A stretch of DNA of 64,000 nt, from NCBI GenBank assembly GCA_010093815.1, contig ML996572.1, one strand, 5' to 3'. This stretch comes from Pseudovirgaria hyperparasitica (Eukaryota). Position 1 is the stretch's first letter, and each line of letters opens with the position of its first letter. Shown one piece after another: positions 62,841-64,000 of the stretch. The translations under genes and the position numbers were made by a program. The notes under the pieces are model-generated. The model was not told the DNA's origin. It searched no databases and was given only the letters and a program-made list of their open reading frames with translations.

Positions 62841-63776
62841 ATGCCCGAACAGACCTTCCGGTCCTACACTCCCCAACAAGGCGCGGCCTACGCCCAATAC
62901 CGCACGAACTACCACGAAACTCTCTACGCACTCGTCCTGCGCGTCCACACTTCTACTGGCGGCAAACTCAACTCCCTCCTCGACATCGGCTGCGGCCCCG
63001 GCACTGCCACAGCCTCCCTCGCACCACACTTCACAACCGCCCTCGGCCTCGATGCCTCAGAGGGCATGATTGCCACCGCCCGCGAGCTCCACCCCTCTAC
63101 CACCTCCACCCCCAATCTCACCTTCGCCGTCTCTGCAGCGGAGAGTCTGGGTGCAAATCTTGATCCCCCTGTTGCAAGCAACAGCGTCGACCTGATCACC
63201 GCCGCGACTGCGGCTCACTGGTTCGACATGCCCGGCTTCTGGCGCGCCGCAGCGCGAGTCGTGAAGCCAGGCGGCAGCGTGGCGCTATGGACAGGTAATC
63301 AATTCCGTGTCCACCCCGATGTGCCGGGCGCGGCGCGCATCCAGGCCCGGATGGATGAGTTGAATGCGGAGTACTTGCGTGCCTATTTCGAACCGGGAAC
63401 GGACGCAGCGCACGGCTTATATCGTAATTTGGGGATGCCGTGGAGCGTGGAGCCTGCTGTTGAGGAATTTGAGCGGGAGAGTGTGTTTCGGAGGGAGTGG
63501 GTTCCTGGAAAGGAAGGTGTTGGGGAGGAGTTTTTTGAGAGGCGGGTCGATGAGAGGGTGAGTTTGGATGTTATGGAGAGGATGATGGGGACGGCGAGTC
63601 CGGTGACGAGGTGGAGGGAGGCGAATGGGGGAAAGGTGGGGACGGAGGAGGATGTGGTTAGGGTTATTAGGAGGGAGGTGGAGAGGATCTTGAGGGAGGA
63701 AGGGGTAGAGGAAGGGAAGGAGTGGTTGAAGGCCAGTGTGACTGGGGTTTTGCTTGTTGTTAAGAAGAAGGGTTAG
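62841..63776 (+). CDS. Class I SAM-dependent methyltransferase (Tmt1/Crg1-like)
   Basis: YAQYRTNY, LLDIGCGPG, GLDASEGMI, SVDLITAATAAHWFD, KPGGSVALW. Confidence 0.88.
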   Translation: MPEQTFRSYTPQQGAAYAQYRTNYHETLYALVLRVHTSTGGKLNSLLDIGCGPGTATASLAPHFTTALGLDASEGMIATARELHPSTTSTPNLTFAVSAAESLGANLDPPVASNSVDLITAATAAHWFDMPGFWRAAARVVKPGGSVALWTGNQFRVHPDVPGAARIQARMDELNAEYLRAYFEPGTDAAHGLYRNLGMPWSVEPAVEEFERESVFRREWVPGKEGVGEEFFERRVDERVSLDVMERMMGTASPVTRWREANGGKVGTEEDVVRVIRREVERILREEGVEEGKEWLKASVTGVLLVVKKKG

Positions 63777-64000
63777 GATGAGAGGTTCACTCGTGGCTAA
63801 TGAGTGGGAATCGATATTGTGGAGCGACTTTATTCTCGAATCTCAAGATTGCATTTCAAATATGTCATGCTTCAAGTTGAATGGGAAGCCTTATCGATGA
63901 GGCACATGTATTTGGCTGCCTGAGGCCGCAAACATATAACACAATCTTTGTCTCTTCAAGTACTTACTGTCTCCATCAATGCACATGCATCGCAAGCAAC

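Overview
Eukaryotic DNA from a filamentous ascomycete (Pezizomycotina, probably Dothideomycete-like; inferred from short GT-AG introns with CTRAY branch sites and from protein homologies). Two blocks of conserved genes are present. The left block (about 0-29 kb) holds RLP24, an AtrR-like Zn2Cys6 transcription factor, an alpha/beta hydrolase, BOR1, EFR3, an 8-exon clade-D beta-carbonic anhydrase, two BTB proteins, a DUF1295 protein, TOP3 and an STB3-like gene. The right block (about 42.5-64 kb) holds SEA4, EFG1, MKK1, tRNA-Val(AAC), glutaredoxin, an LMBR1-like gene, PAL1, MED31 and a SAM methyltransferase. Between them is an accessory island of about 13 kb (about 29.3-42.2 kb). It carries microsatellites, a BTB gene with an 84-bp duplication, a decayed chimeric terpene cyclase-prenyltransferase pseudogene and a tandem pair of 8-Cys secreted effector-like genes with conserved upstream blocks. 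It also has an AT/TpA-rich RIP-like relic, a divergent Poa1-type macrodomain and two orphan Arg/Ser-rich proteins. Other notable signals are recurrent sharp C/A-rich to G/T-rich strand-skew switches, a candidate ACG-initiated mitochondrial glutaredoxin isoform and a structured element upstream of BOR1. All gene calls are by-eye recognition; no database searches were run.
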